This document shows, piece by piece, positions 34,071 to 43,551 of a stretch of DNA of 64,000 nucleotides. Source of the DNA: Candidatus Multivorans sp. Its GTDB lineage: Bacteria > Acidobacteriota > Thermoanaerobaculia > Multivoradales > Multivoraceae. The stretch lies in NCBI GenBank assembly GCA_965224025.1, contig OZ245033.1, positions 1,440,001-1,504,000 on the forward strand. Direction: 5' to 3'. Made by a program: the position numbers and the translations under genes. The first letter of the stretch is position 1. Every line of letters begins with the position of its first letter. Under the pieces are notes generated by a model. It saw only the letters and a program-made list of their open reading frames with translations. It did no database searches and had not been told where the DNA came from.

Positions 34071-35351
34071 ATGTGGTTCCTCTACCAGCTCGCGATGGCG
34101 GCAGGGCTGGGCGTGGCGGCGCCGGTGCTGCTGGCCCGGCGAGGCCCTCACTATCTGGAGACCCTGCCGGCCCGGCTTGGCCGGCTGCCGGAGGCCCGAG
34201 GGGTGCGGCCGCTGTGGCTCCACGCCGCTTCCGTCGGCGAGACCGCGGTCGCGGCGACCCTGGCCCCGGCCCTGCCTGCTGACCTCGATCTGCTGGTCAC
34301 GACCGTGACGCCCACAGGTCAGGCAGCAGCGAAGAAACTGTTCATGCCGCTGGCCACGGGCGGCCGCAGTGTCGTCGTCACCTACCTGCCGTTCGACCTG
34401 GGTCCGCTGGTGTCCCGGTTCCTGGACCGGTACTCACCGCGGGCCCTGGTGCTGCTGGAGAGCGAACTCTGGCCGCTCGTGCTGCGGAGTTGCGGCCGGC
34501 GCGGGATCCCGGTGGCGGTACTCAACGCCCGCGTCAGCGACCGCAGCTTCGTCCGCATGATGCGCGGCGGGCGTCTCTGCCGGCGGACGCTGCTGGATCC
34601 GGTCAGCCGCTTCGGCGCCCGGAGTTCTCAGGACGAGGATCGGCTGCGGCGCCTGGGCGCTTCGGGGCAGGCGGTATCGCTGACCGGCAACCTGAAGTTC
34701 GACGCTCCCGAGCCGGCCCCGGTCGCCGGCCTGGAGCAGACCCTGCGCCGGCTCGCCGCCGGCCGGCCGATCCTGGTCGCCGGCTCGACCATGGCCGGGG
34801 AGGAAGGAATCGTCCTGGATGCCTTCGAGCGGCTCGGGCGCGAGGCGGTGCTGGTTCTGGCGCCCCGCCATCCCGAGCGTTTCGACGAAGTCTGGCGCGA
34901 GGTCGAGCAGCGATCCCTGCCGGCGCTGCGCCGGAGCAGGATGCAGTCGGCAGGAATGGGTGAGCCGCCGGCCGCGCCGGTTCGAGTCGTGCTGCTCGAC
35001 TCTCTGGGAGAACTCGCCTCCATCTATCGGCTGGCGTCCGCGGCCTTCATCGGCGGCTCGCTGGTGCCGACCGGCGGACACAACCCGATCGAGGCCGCGC
35101 GCTTCGGCGTGCCGGTGATCGTCGGCCCATCGATGGAGAACTTCCGGCGCATGGCCGGCGACTTCGAGGCCGCGGGCGCCCTGGCCGTGGTTCGGAACGG
35201 CGAAGCCCTCGCGTCGGCCTGGCGCCGCCTGCTGGACCGGCCGGGCGAGGCGGCGGAGCAGGGCCGGCGGGGGCTTGAGATCGTCGACCGGAACCGCGGC
35301 GCGGTCGAACGGTCGGTCGAACTGCTCGGCGGGCTGGTGGACCTGGGATGA
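34071..35351 (+). CDS. waaA: 3-deoxy-D-manno-octulosonic acid (Kdo) transferase
   Basis: WLHAASVGE, YLPFD, ESELWP, GNLKFD, AGST, APRHPERF, GGHNPIE. Confidence 0.95.
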   Translation: MWFLYQLAMAAGLGVAAPVLLARRGPHYLETLPARLGRLPEARGVRPLWLHAASVGETAVAATLAPALPADLDLLVTTVTPTGQAAAKKLFMPLATGGRSVVVTYLPFDLGPLVSRFLDRYSPRALVLLESELWPLVLRSCGRRGIPVAVLNARVSDRSFVRMMRGGRLCRRTLLDPVSRFGARSSQDEDRLRRLGASGQAVSLTGNLKFDAPEPAPVAGLEQTLRRLAAGRPILVAGSTMAGEEGIVLDAFERLGREAVLVLAPRHPERFDEVWREVEQRSLPALRRSRMQSAGMGEPPAAPVRVVLLDSLGELASIYRLASAAFIGGSLVPTGGHNPIEAARFGVPVIVGPSMENFRRMAGDFEAAGALAVVRNGEALASAWRRLLDRPGEAAEQGRRGLEIVDRNRGAVERSVELLGGLVDLG

Positions 35352-36351
35352 AGGTGGTCCGCGGTCCCTGGCAGCGCTTCTACGGCTGGGCGCACGGCCG
35401 GCGCCGGCGCTACCGGGCGGCGCGCGCGGAAAGCCTGGGTCGGCCCACGGTGAGCGTCGGCAACCTGCACTGGGGCGGCAGCGGCAAGACTCCGACGGTG
35501 GTCGCCGCCGCGCGGAGTCTGAACGACGCGGGCCCCTCCGGCCCCGATCTTCGCGTGGCCGTGCTTTCGCGCGGTTACCGCCGGCGGGGCAGCGCGCCGC
35601 TCGTCGTCAGTCTTGGCGAAGGCCCCCTGGTCACCGTCGAGAAGGCGGGCGACGAGCCGCTGATGATCGCCGAGCAGGCGCCGGGCGTAGCCGTCGTCGT
35701 CGGCGCCGACCGCCGGCAGCCGCCGCTCTGGCGCTCAGCCGCGATCCGGCCATCGATGTCTTCGTCCTCGACGACGGCTTCTCCCATGTCCGGGTGCGCC
35801 GCGATGTCGAGATCCTGACCTTCCCGGCTTCAGACCCGTTCGCTGGGGGTCTGCTCCTGCCGGGTGGCCGTCTGCGTGAACCGCTGGACTCCGTACGTCT
35901 CGCCGATGCCGCCGTGCTCACCGATCTCTCCTCCGGTTCCGCGCCGCCGAACGACTTCGAGCCGACCCTGCGCCGGCACGACTTCAAGGGCCCGGTGTTC
36001 ACTTCGACGCTCCGGGCCGAAGTCGTAGGCGGTCGGCTACCCAGCCGCCCCCTGCTGGTCACCGGCGTCGCCCGCCCGGAGCGCGTCGCCCGCACCGCGG
36101 CCGCCGCGGGCCTCGAACACGTGGACCACCTTCGCTTCCCCGACCACCACGCTTACCCTCCGCGGTCGATCCGAGCGATCGAAGCCGCCTGCGCCCGCCA
36201 CAGGTGCGACGGTGTTGTCACGACCTCCAAGGACGCGGTCAAGTTGAGTGGCCGGTTGCCCGAAGGCGCCGCGCCGGTGGTGGAACTCAAGGTAGAAGCG
36301 TTACTTGACCAGGAGTTCTTGCCTTGGCTGGTGAATCGCCTAAAGGGCTGA
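35348..36351 (+). CDS. lpxK: Tetraacyldisaccharide 4'-kinase, frameshifted near 35715
   Basis: SVGNLHWGGSGKTP, SRGY, GDEP in one frame; LDDGFSH, LPGGRLRE, FPDHH, TTSKDAVKL in another. Confidence 0.9.
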
Positions 36352-36436
36352 GCCCCGGGCGGGGCGAACAGTCGTCATACGATGTCGGTAACGGCTGCTT
36401 GAGGTGCGAGCAGCCTCGGGATCGGAGATCATCGCG

Positions 36437-36724
36437 ATGGGTGCCCAACTGAACTTGCGGATTGACGCCGAGCTCATGAGGAATCTCCAAGTCGAGGCAA
36501 AGCGTCTGCATCGGTCCGCCTCTCATCTTGCCGGCGAGGCCATCGAGGTCATGCTGCGCAACTGCGCCGAGAAGCGCGCGGCCATGCGAGCGGCGCTCGA
36601 GGAAGCTGAAGCGGGAGAGTTCGTGTCCGAGAAGGCGATGAAGGACTGGGTGTCGTCTTGGGGAACCGATGCGGAGGACCCGCCTCCTGAGCCCGATGTG
36701 TTTCGCGGCTCGCGTGATCGGTGA
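36437..36724 (+). CDS. CopG/RHH antitoxin
   Basis: Short protein with N-terminal LNLRID..RSASHL, EADAG-like EEAEAGEFVS and W..SWG; GTGA-coupled to the toxin. Confidence 0.8.
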   Translation: MGAQLNLRIDAELMRNLQVEAKRLHRSASHLAGEAIEVMLRNCAEKRAAMRAALEEAEAGEFVSEKAMKDWVSSWGTDAEDPPPEPDVFRGSRDR

Positions 36725-37029
36725 GACTTGTCTTCCTGCCGTTGACCCGCGCCGACTTGGCGTGGATGCGGAACTACTACGCCCGGATCTTTCCCGACGG
36801 CGCGAGGCAGGCGACAGACAGGTACTTTGGAGCATGTGAGGCGCTCCGCGGCCGTCCGCACGTAGGGCGCCCTGTCGAACGTATGCCGGGGGTACGGGAA
36901 CTCCTGGTTTCACGTACGCCGTTCTCGTTCCTCTATCGCGTCGTGGATGATCGAATCGAAGTGCTGCGCGTCTGGGACCAGCGCGGCGACCGTGCGAAAC
37001 TCCGTTCGACGGAACCTCCCGGGAGGTAG
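36721..37029 (+). CDS. RelE/ParE-family toxin
   Basis: MRLVFLP..RADL, PHVGRP, RELLVSRTPFSFLYRV..IEVLRVWD. Confidence 0.88.
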   Translation: MRLVFLPLTRADLAWMRNYYARIFPDGARQATDRYFGACEALRGRPHVGRPVERMPGVRELLVSRTPFSFLYRVVDDRIEVLRVWDQRGDRAKLRSTEPPGR

Positions 37030-37045
37030 GCTGGGCCGCGATCCG

Positions 37046-37993
37046 ATGCACACCGATCCGGACGCGGCCGTTCGAGCCGCCGCTTTCGCCGAGCTTGAAC
37101 GCCTGGTCTTGACGCATGGCCCCAGGTTGCCCTGGAGGTTGATCGACAGCGGTTTCCTGTTCGGTGGTGAGAAGGTCCATTTTGCCGGCCGTGCTGTCGG
37201 CATCTTCAAGCCGAGACGGATGAGTGCAGCGCTCAGTATCAGGACGGTGGCGCCCAGGGCCGGCCGAAGGACCTGGTACCGCGATCAGGCCGGCCAACCG
37301 GACTACCAGACTGGACTGCTTGCATACGACCTCGCCCGTGGCGGAAGGCGGGACTACACGAATCAGGCACTTGACGAGGCCCGACGGCGACACGCGCCGT
37401 TGGTCTATCTCGTCGGCGTTGGGGATGCCATCTACGAACCGATCTGGCTGGTTTGGGTGGAGGAACTTGACTACTCCGCCGGTCGTGTTCTGCTGGCTGC
37501 CGCTGACTTTCTCGAACCGACGATGAGTTCGATTGAGGCGGCGCAGGCAGGAAGCCAGGCTTCCGCCAACGAGCTTCGGGAGCGGTCCTACTCGCTCGTC
37601 GTGTCGAAGCGTAGGAATCACCAAGCTTGGTTCAGTAGTCGTACCAAGTCGGCGTACGGCCATCGTTGCGCGTTCAGCGGCCTTCCGTTGCCACGACTAT
37701 TGGTAGGCGCCCACATTCTCCCGGACGCTGAGGGTGGACCGGCGGCGGTAACCAACGGCATCTGCATGTCGACTCTCCACCACACTGCGTTCGATACGAA
37801 CCTGATCGGAGTCGACACGAGTTGTCGCGTTCACGTTGCGAGATCGGTCAGGGATGGGCGAGACGGTCCGTTGCTCAAGAGTTTGAAGGGGCTCGACGGC
37901 GCGCCGCTGCGTTTACCTGATCGAGCACAAGACCATCCCGATCGAGACTTCCTCGATTGGCGTTTCCAGCGCTTTCTCGAAGCCGCGGATTGA
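37046..37993 (+). CDS. HNH endonuclease (putative restriction nuclease)
   Basis: AYGHRCAFSG, GAHILP, VTNGICMSTLHHTAFD, P..DFLDWR. Confidence 0.85.
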   Translation: MHTDPDAAVRAAAFAELERLVLTHGPRLPWRLIDSGFLFGGEKVHFAGRAVGIFKPRRMSAALSIRTVAPRAGRRTWYRDQAGQPDYQTGLLAYDLARGGRRDYTNQALDEARRRHAPLVYLVGVGDAIYEPIWLVWVEELDYSAGRVLLAAADFLEPTMSSIEAAQAGSQASANELRERSYSLVVSKRRNHQAWFSSRTKSAYGHRCAFSGLPLPRLLVGAHILPDAEGGPAAVTNGICMSTLHHTAFDTNLIGVDTSCRVHVARSVRDGRDGPLLKSLKGLDGAPLRLPDRAQDHPDRDFLDWRFQRFLEAAD

Positions 37994-38183
37994 TCGGCGC
38001 CGATGAACGCACCACGGCTCTAGATTCCTTGAACGGGCGTCACCTTTGCAGTTGAGGCAAGTTTCAGCCAGAGCCATGCATCGATACGTCGCCTGCAGGG
38101 GACAGCGGATGCCGCAAGGACATGCTCGTCGGTCTGAGGCGAAGCCTCGCTAGACGGGTTCAGCGGAGTTACACAGCCCAGCA

Positions 38184-39593
38184 TCAAGCAAACGACCGGC
38201 CCCCGATCACGGCCCAGATGATCCACAGGATCGCGATCGGGCAGACGAACCGGAGCAGCACACCGCGCCAGATCGGGTACCACCGGCTGACCTCGCCGTG
38301 GCCCCGGGCGAGTTCCTCGCGCGACTCGCGGCTGCTCAGGAACCAGCCGATGAAGAGCGCCATCATCAGGCCGCCCAGTGGCAGGATCCAGTTCGACACG
38401 GTGTAGTCCATCGTGCCGAAGAAGCCCTCCGTGCGTTCGCCGAACGGGGCGAAGGAGGAGAGGGCGCCGCTGGCGCCGAGCGAGAGGGCGGAGGGGATGC
38501 CGAAGGCGAAGATGGCGCCGCCGGTGACGAGGCAGGCCTTGCGGCGGCTGAAACCGCGACGGTCGATCAGGTAGGAGGCGACCGTCTCGAGCAGGGAGAT
38601 GGTCGAGGTCAGGGCGGCAAAGGCGACGAGCAGGTAGAACATCGGCGCCAGGACCACGCCCAGGGGCATCTCGTAGAACATGCGCGGCAGGGTGGTGAAC
38701 AGGATAGTGGCGCTCTTGCCGAAGGTGGTCGCCCGCTCGGCTGCGCCGACGCTGAAGATGATCGAAAACATGACGATGCACGCCATGATCGCGATCAGGG
38801 TGTCGAGCAGGCTGATCGCGGCGGCGCTCTTGGGGATCGACTGCTTCGATGTCATGTAGGAGCCGTAGGTGAGCATCGCGCCCATGCCGACCGAGAGGGT
38901 GAAGAACGCGTGCCCCACCGCTTCGAGCAGCCCGTCGGCGGTGATCGGGCCGACGTGGAAGAGGAAGCTGATCGCCTCGCCGAAGCCGGGGCTCCAGAAC
39001 GAGTTGGCGACCAGCAGGATCAGGATGGCGCCGAGCACCGGCATCAGGAGCTTGGTGACGCGCTCGATGCCCTCGCGAACGCCCAGGGTCACGACGCCGA
39101 CGGTGACCGCCATGAACAGGGCGTGGAAGCCGATCTGGAGCGGCCCGTTGGCCAGGAAGCCGCCGAAAGCCTCTCCCAGCGCCTGCCCCTCCATGTCGAA
39201 GCCGCGAACCGACCAGCTCAGGCACTGGCCGAAGTAGTAGACGGTCCAGCCGGCGATCAGGGCGTAGTAGGAGAGCAGGATGAAGCTGCCGGTGACGCCG
39301 AGGGCCCCGACCGCGCCCCAGGCTCGGCCGCCCAACGTGTTCTTCGCGGCCTTGATGAAGGCGCCGACCGGACTCTGACGCGTACGGCGGCCAATCACGA
39401 GCTCGGCCATCATGATCGGCAGGCCGATCAGGGCGATCGCGACCAGGTAGACGAGGACGAAGGAACCGCCGCCGTTCTCGTAGGTGATGTACGGGAACTT
39501 CCAGATGTTGCCGAGCCCGATCGCGGAGCCGACGGCGGCGAAGATGAAACCGAGTTGACCGAACCTGCCGCGTCCGCTGGAGCCGTTTGCCAC
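38184..39593 (-). CDS. Sodium-dependent transporter, NSS/SNF family
   Basis: GSAIGLGNIWKFPY, NGGGSF, GIERVTK, AFFTLSVGMG, AALTSTISLLE. GGGGAGGG RBS before GTG 39593. Confidence 0.93.
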   Translation of the reverse strand: MANGSSGRGRFGQLGFIFAAVGSAIGLGNIWKFPYITYENGGGSFVLVYLVAIALIGLPIMMAELVIGRRTRQSPVGAFIKAAKNTLGGRAWGAVGALGVTGSFILLSYYALIAGWTVYYFGQCLSWSVRGFDMEGQALGEAFGGFLANGPLQIGFHALFMAVTVGVVTLGVREGIERVTKLLMPVLGAILILLVANSFWSPGFGEAISFLFHVGPITADGLLEAVGHAFFTLSVGMGAMLTYGSYMTSKQSIPKSAAAISLLDTLIAIMACIVMFSIIFSVGAAERATTFGKSATILFTTLPRMFYEMPLGVVLAPMFYLLVAFAALTSTISLLETVASYLIDRRGFSRRKACLVTGGAIFAFGIPSALSLGASGALSSFAPFGERTEGFFGTMDYTVSNWILPLGGLMMALFIGWFLSSRESREELARGHGEVSRWYPIWRGVLLRFVCPIAILWIIWAVIGGRSFA

Positions 39594-39664
39594 GCTAGTC
39601 CCCTCCCCTTCGCGCTGTCGCCTGGTGGCGGCGGTCACCATGAGCGCTCCGCCTGCCGCCGAGG

Positions 39665-39769
39665 CTATGAGCCTGCGCCGAAGAACGTAGCGGAGCGAGG
39701 GCTGAGGCGCAAGCTCATAGGGAGGTGGGGGCTGGGGCCAAACACGGAGCTGCGACGGGTTTGGCGGCG
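39665..39769 (-). repeat. Family B structured element copy 2
   Basis: On the minus strand: GCCAAAC/GTTTGGC stem, core GGCCCCAGCCCCCACCTC, stem CTATGAGCTTGCGCC/GGCGCAGGCTCATAG. Confidence 0.9.
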
Positions 39770-39786
39770 GCGTAGCGGAGTCGGCG

Positions 39787-42700
39787 CTACGGCCGGGCCG
39801 AAACGGCAAGACCGGAAGCCGTCGCCCCTCGGAAGGGTGACTCCGGCCCCACGACCCGCGTCAGCCACTGCTCGCGGTAGGCGTCGATTTCGGACGTCCG
39901 GGGATAGCTCTCGCCGGGCGCGAATGGGTAGCCGGACATCGCCTGGAAGGGCAGGGGCAGGTTGCTGTCCGCCTTCCAGGTGTTGCGGTCGGCGTCCTTG
40001 TCCCAGCCGAAGCTCTCAAGGAAGACTGTGCGGGTGTAGCCGGGCTTCGGCGGCTCGAGGCCGCGGGCATCGAAGAGCAGCCGGATTTCGTCGCCCGGAC
40101 CGATCACGACCAGCCGGTCGTCGACGGCGGTCAGGAGTTCGCTTACGTCGCCGAAGCGCGTGTACCGGCCGGGGAAGGGCAGCCACGGGGACTCGGTGCT
40201 CGTGCGCTGGTAGTCGAACAGGTGCGGACCGTTGGGGGCGGGCCTGGTCAGCGTCGAGAACCCGCGGTAGGCCAGATCCGCCGTGGCCGCGTCGAGGCGG
40301 GCCTGTACGACGACGACGGAACCGTTGACCCCGCCGATGTCCGCGCTCCAGGCGACCCGGTCCCAGTGCAGCCAGCGGGTGGTGACGATCCGCAGCCTGG
40401 TGGCGCCCGCGGGCAGCGGCGGCGTGTCCACCACCATCGTCTTCGTCTTGCCGGGAGGGAAGCCCATCGGGTCGAGCAGCGTCCGCCAGCCCTTCGCGGT
40501 TTCGACCTCGAGCCGGGTAATGACCATCTGCAGATCGCCGTACTCCACCGCCTGGGCGATCGCGAGATTCAGGCTGGCGTCGGCGGGAAACACCCAGCCG
40601 TCCAGCCACAGCCGGATGGGCCTCCCTGGTGCTTCACCCAGGTCGAAGGTGAAGGCCCAGGGCTCGGCGGCGTGGCCCTGGTAGCGCGAGCGTTCGTAGC
40701 CGTCCGCGTAGACGTCGTCCCGGGCGCGGACCCGCTCGGTCACGTCGCGGCCGCGGCCGTCCGATGCGTGGACGATCGGACGGATTCCGGTGCTGGCCAC
40801 CACTTCGTCGGGCGGCCGGCCGATGTGCCCCCGGCCGGGCACGATCCTGAGGTTGCTGGCGACCGCCACGTCGTCGCGGTGATCGACCACCCAGAGGCGC
40901 GCGCGGTCGATGTAGGCGGCTTCCCACAGTTCCTCCGTGATCCGCAGGTCGTAGAAGCCGTCGCGTGGGGCGGCGCCGTCGACCCGGACCAGTTCGTCGG
41001 GGTCGTAGCCGTTCCAGACGCGGTCCGCGAGCGGCATACCCAGCGGTGCGCCCCACAGCAGGTCGGTGACGAAGGTGATCTTCTCGCCGTCCCAGGTGTA
41101 GAGGAAGGGGCAACTGCCCTTGAGCACCTGTTCCTCGACGATGGTCATGTTCTGGCTCGGGTCCAAACGGTTCTGCGGTACGCCGTTGGCCCACACGACA
41201 CGGATCAGATCGGCCTGCCGGCGGTTGCCGAGGCCGATGTGGGTGATTGGGCGCTCGACTTCAAAGTACTGGTACGCCCGGCCGGACTTGACCTCGATCG
41301 TCGTGCCGCGGCCGAAGACGTTGTTCTTCTGGTTGGCCACGTCGAGGCCGACCAGGCGAACGCGCAGCCAATTGTTCTCGGAGCCGTCCAGGTTCTCGAT
41401 CCGGTAGAGGCCGGTGGCGCCGGCCGCGACCAGGTCCTGGTCGCCGTCGTCGTCCAGGTCCTCGGCGCGGATAGCCGTGAACTGAGGGTTGCGTGGCAAA
41501 CCCATGACCCGGGCGAGGCGGAAGTCGAGCGCCTCCGGGCCGGAGTCCGAGGTCTGGGTGAGCACCCGCAGTTCGCCCCCCGCGACCAGGGCAAGATCGA
41601 GCCGCCCATCGTTGTCGGCGTCGAGTAGGGCGAGGTCAGTGGCGCCCTCCGGCAGTGCGACCGAACCGGGGGCCAGGGGGAAGGGAGCGACCGCCCCGTC
41701 TTCGTCGCGCTTCAGGATGAGCGTCGAATCGCCGGCGAGCAGGAACTCGGGACCCCCGTCGTGGTCGAGGTCGGCGGTTCGTACGACGCGCACGGGCGCT
41801 TCCGTGGTCAGGGCGCTCGCTGCCGGCTCGTCGGCGCCGACCAGGCTGATCAGCCTCCCGAGCAGACCGCGGCTGGGAGCGGGCGGGGTTCTCTCCGCGA
41901 ACTGGCCCTGGCGGAGATTGGCCAACCACAGGACACCTTCGTCGTGGGCGAGCAGCAGGTCGGTGTCGCCGTCGCGGTCGGCGTCGGTGGCCTGGAGGTG
42001 GTGGTAGGAGCGCGCCTCGACTTCGGGCAGCGCCTGCCGTCCCAGGGCCTCGAGCGGCCCTTCGAAGACCTCTTCGCCCGACACGTTCCGCAGCAGATCG
42101 GGCACGCCGTCGGCCTTGGCCACGGCGAGATCGAGGTCGCCGTCGCTGTCGAAATCGATCAGGTCGGCCGCGGTCACTGCCAGCGAACTCGCCAGGAACC
42201 GGTCGCTTGCGTCCCCGAACTGCGGCGTGTCGTCGACCTGCCAGACGGCCAGGTGATCGCCGATCGAGATCAGGTCGAGTTGCCGGTCGTTGTCGGCGTC
42301 GCCGACCAGGAGGATCTGGGCGTCGGTTTCGGGGGCGGCGCCCGGTGTGGCGTATCCGGTTGCCGCTTGCCGCAGAACCAGCCGGTTGGCTGAACTGTCC
42401 GCGCCGCCGCTTGACGCTGCGCGCGCGATGTCGGGCCGGTCGTCGCCGTCGAAGTCGGCGACTTCGAGTGCTCGGCCCGATGTCGGCGCGTTGTCGATCC
42501 GAGTAGCCCGGAAGCGGGCGGGATTCGCGGGGCCGAAGTCCTCGTTCGGTTCCTCGTCTTCGAAGTGTTCGACGGGAATACCTGGGATGTTCGTGTGGAT
42601 CTCGGCGAGGCTGCTGCGCCAGCCTGGAGTGTCGACCAGCACGTTCTTGACTCGTGGAGCGAGCCGTTGGGCAAGGTCGAGGTCGTTCGCCTCCAGCGCG

Positions 42701-43374
42701 TCGAGGACATCCCCGAGCACCCGTTCGGCGATTGGCCTGGCCTGCCAGATCAGTTCCCGCACACGCAGGTAGTCGTCGCTCGCTCGGCCGCGGTCGGTAT
42801 CCGCGAGCGCCTCCGCGGCGCTCAGGAGCAGGACGACCAGGTTGTCTGGCCGCAGGCGCCTCAACCGGTCCATCGCGTTCCGCCGGTCGGCTTCGGCTCC
42901 GCTCGTGATTTCTGCTTGGCGGAAGAGCGCGTACTGCGCCTCCGGGTCGTCGGGCGCGAGCCGCGCGGCGCGGCGGTAATCCGCGAGGGCATCCTCGTTG
43001 CTCCCAGCGGTCCACCACTGCAGGATGTCGGCGCGAATCAGCAGCAGATCAGTCCGGTTGCCGCCCAGGTCGAGGGCGTGATTGATCGCGGCCAGCGCCT
43101 CCTCGTGCTGGTCCTGCCGGAGCAAGGCTACGCTCAGGTTGGCGTGGCCGAGCGGTTCGTCGGGCGCTAGCTCGGTCAGTTCCAGGAAGGTGGCTTCGGC
43201 AGCGGTCGGCCGCTCGTTTTCGAGTTGGGCATAGCCGAGGTTTCGCAGGCGCACCATCTCCTCGGACGGTTGGGGCTCCTCGGACGGTTGGGGCTCCTCG
43301 GACGGTTGGGGGCACGCGGCGCCTGTGGAGGCTAGTGCGGCGAGGACGAGAGGGGCTGGAAGTTTGCGGAGCAT
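39787..43374 (-). CDS. TPR + FG-GAP repeat + ASPIC/UnbV lipoprotein
   Basis: Lipobox GAAC, TPRs, many DxDxDG repeats, NNWLRVRLVG, HIGLG, KGSCPFLYTWDG. Start is 43374 or 43389. Confidence 0.88.
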   Translation of the reverse strand: MLRKLPAPLVLAALASTGAACPQPSEEPQPSEEPQPSEEMVRLRNLGYAQLENERPTAAEATFLELTELAPDEPLGHANLSVALLRQDQHEEALAAINHALDLGGNRTDLLLIRADILQWWTAGSNEDALADYRRAARLAPDDPEAQYALFRQAEITSGAEADRRNAMDRLRRLRPDNLVVLLLSAAEALADTDRGRASDDYLRVRELIWQARPIAERVLGDVLDALEANDLDLAQRLAPRVKNVLVDTPGWRSSLAEIHTNIPGIPVEHFEDEEPNEDFGPANPARFRATRIDNAPTSGRALEVADFDGDDRPDIARAASSGGADSSANRLVLRQAATGYATPGAAPETDAQILLVGDADNDRQLDLISIGDHLAVWQVDDTPQFGDASDRFLASSLAVTAADLIDFDSDGDLDLAVAKADGVPDLLRNVSGEEVFEGPLEALGRQALPEVEARSYHHLQATDADRDGDTDLLLAHDEGVLWLANLRQGQFAERTPPAPSRGLLGRLISLVGADEPAASALTTEAPVRVVRTADLDHDGGPEFLLAGDSTLILKRDEDGAVAPFPLAPGSVALPEGATDLALLDADNDGRLDLALVAGGELRVLTQTSDSGPEALDFRLARVMGLPRNPQFTAIRAEDLDDDGDQDLVAAGATGLYRIENLDGSENNWLRVRLVGLDVANQKNNVFGRGTTIEVKSGRAYQYFEVERPITHIGLGNRRQADLIRVVWANGVPQNRLDPSQNMTIVEEQVLKGSCPFLYTWDGEKITFVTDLLWGAPLGMPLADRVWNGYDPDELVRVDGAAPRDGFYDLRITEELWEAAYIDRARLWVVDHRDDVAVASNLRIVPGRGHIGRPPDEVVASTGIRPIVHASDGRGRDVTERVRARDDVYADGYERSRYQGHAAEPWAFTFDLGEAPGRPIRLWLDGWVFPADASLNLAIAQAVEYGDLQMVITRLEVETAKGWRTLLDPMGFPPGKTKTMVVDTPPLPAGATRLRIVTTRWLHWDRVAWSADIGGVNGSVVVVQARLDAATADLAYRGFSTLTRPAPNGPHLFDYQRTSTESPWLPFPGRYTRFGDVSELLTAVDDRLVVIGPGDEIRLLFDARGLEPPKPGYTRTVFLESFGWDKDADRNTWKADSNLPLPFQAMSGYPFAPGESYPRTSEIDAYREQWLTRVVGPESPFRGATASGLAVSARP
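43258..43311. repeat. 18-bp coding tandem repeat x3 (PQPSEE)
   Basis: CTCCTCGGACGGTTGGGG repeated just after the lipobox. Confidence 0.9.
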
Positions 43375-43432
43375 GGCTCGTAGTGACATGTGCGGCGGGC
43401 GGCGGCCCAATCCTATGTCTCGACAGGACTAG

Positions 43433-43538
43433 CGCCGCCAAACCTGTCGCAGGCTCCATGTTTGGCCCCAGCCCCCACCTCACCAGAAGCTCGCGCCGCG
43501 AGCCTCGCTTTGCTGCGTTCCGCGGCGCGAGCTTCTAG
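43433..43538 (+). repeat. Family B structured element copy 3
   Basis: GCCAAAC/GTTTGGC stem, core motif, perfect 16-bp stem AGAAGCTCGCGCCGCG/CGCGGCGCGAGCTTCT. Confidence 0.9.
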
Positions 43539-43551
43539 AGTAGTCGCCACC

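Noticed and set aside
35700-35730. Programmed ribosomal frameshifting in lpxK or selB
   Set aside because: No slippery heptamer at either site. Both look like loss of one G from a short G run.
37994-38183. Small ORF or element between the HNH gene and the transporter
   Set aside because: No convincing start, motif or repeat match.
43390-43551. N-terminal extensions of polA, the CoA-transferase and the NSS transporter through family B elements
   Set aside because: Family homology starts after the elements, where better start signals exist. The open frames through them are likely incidental.
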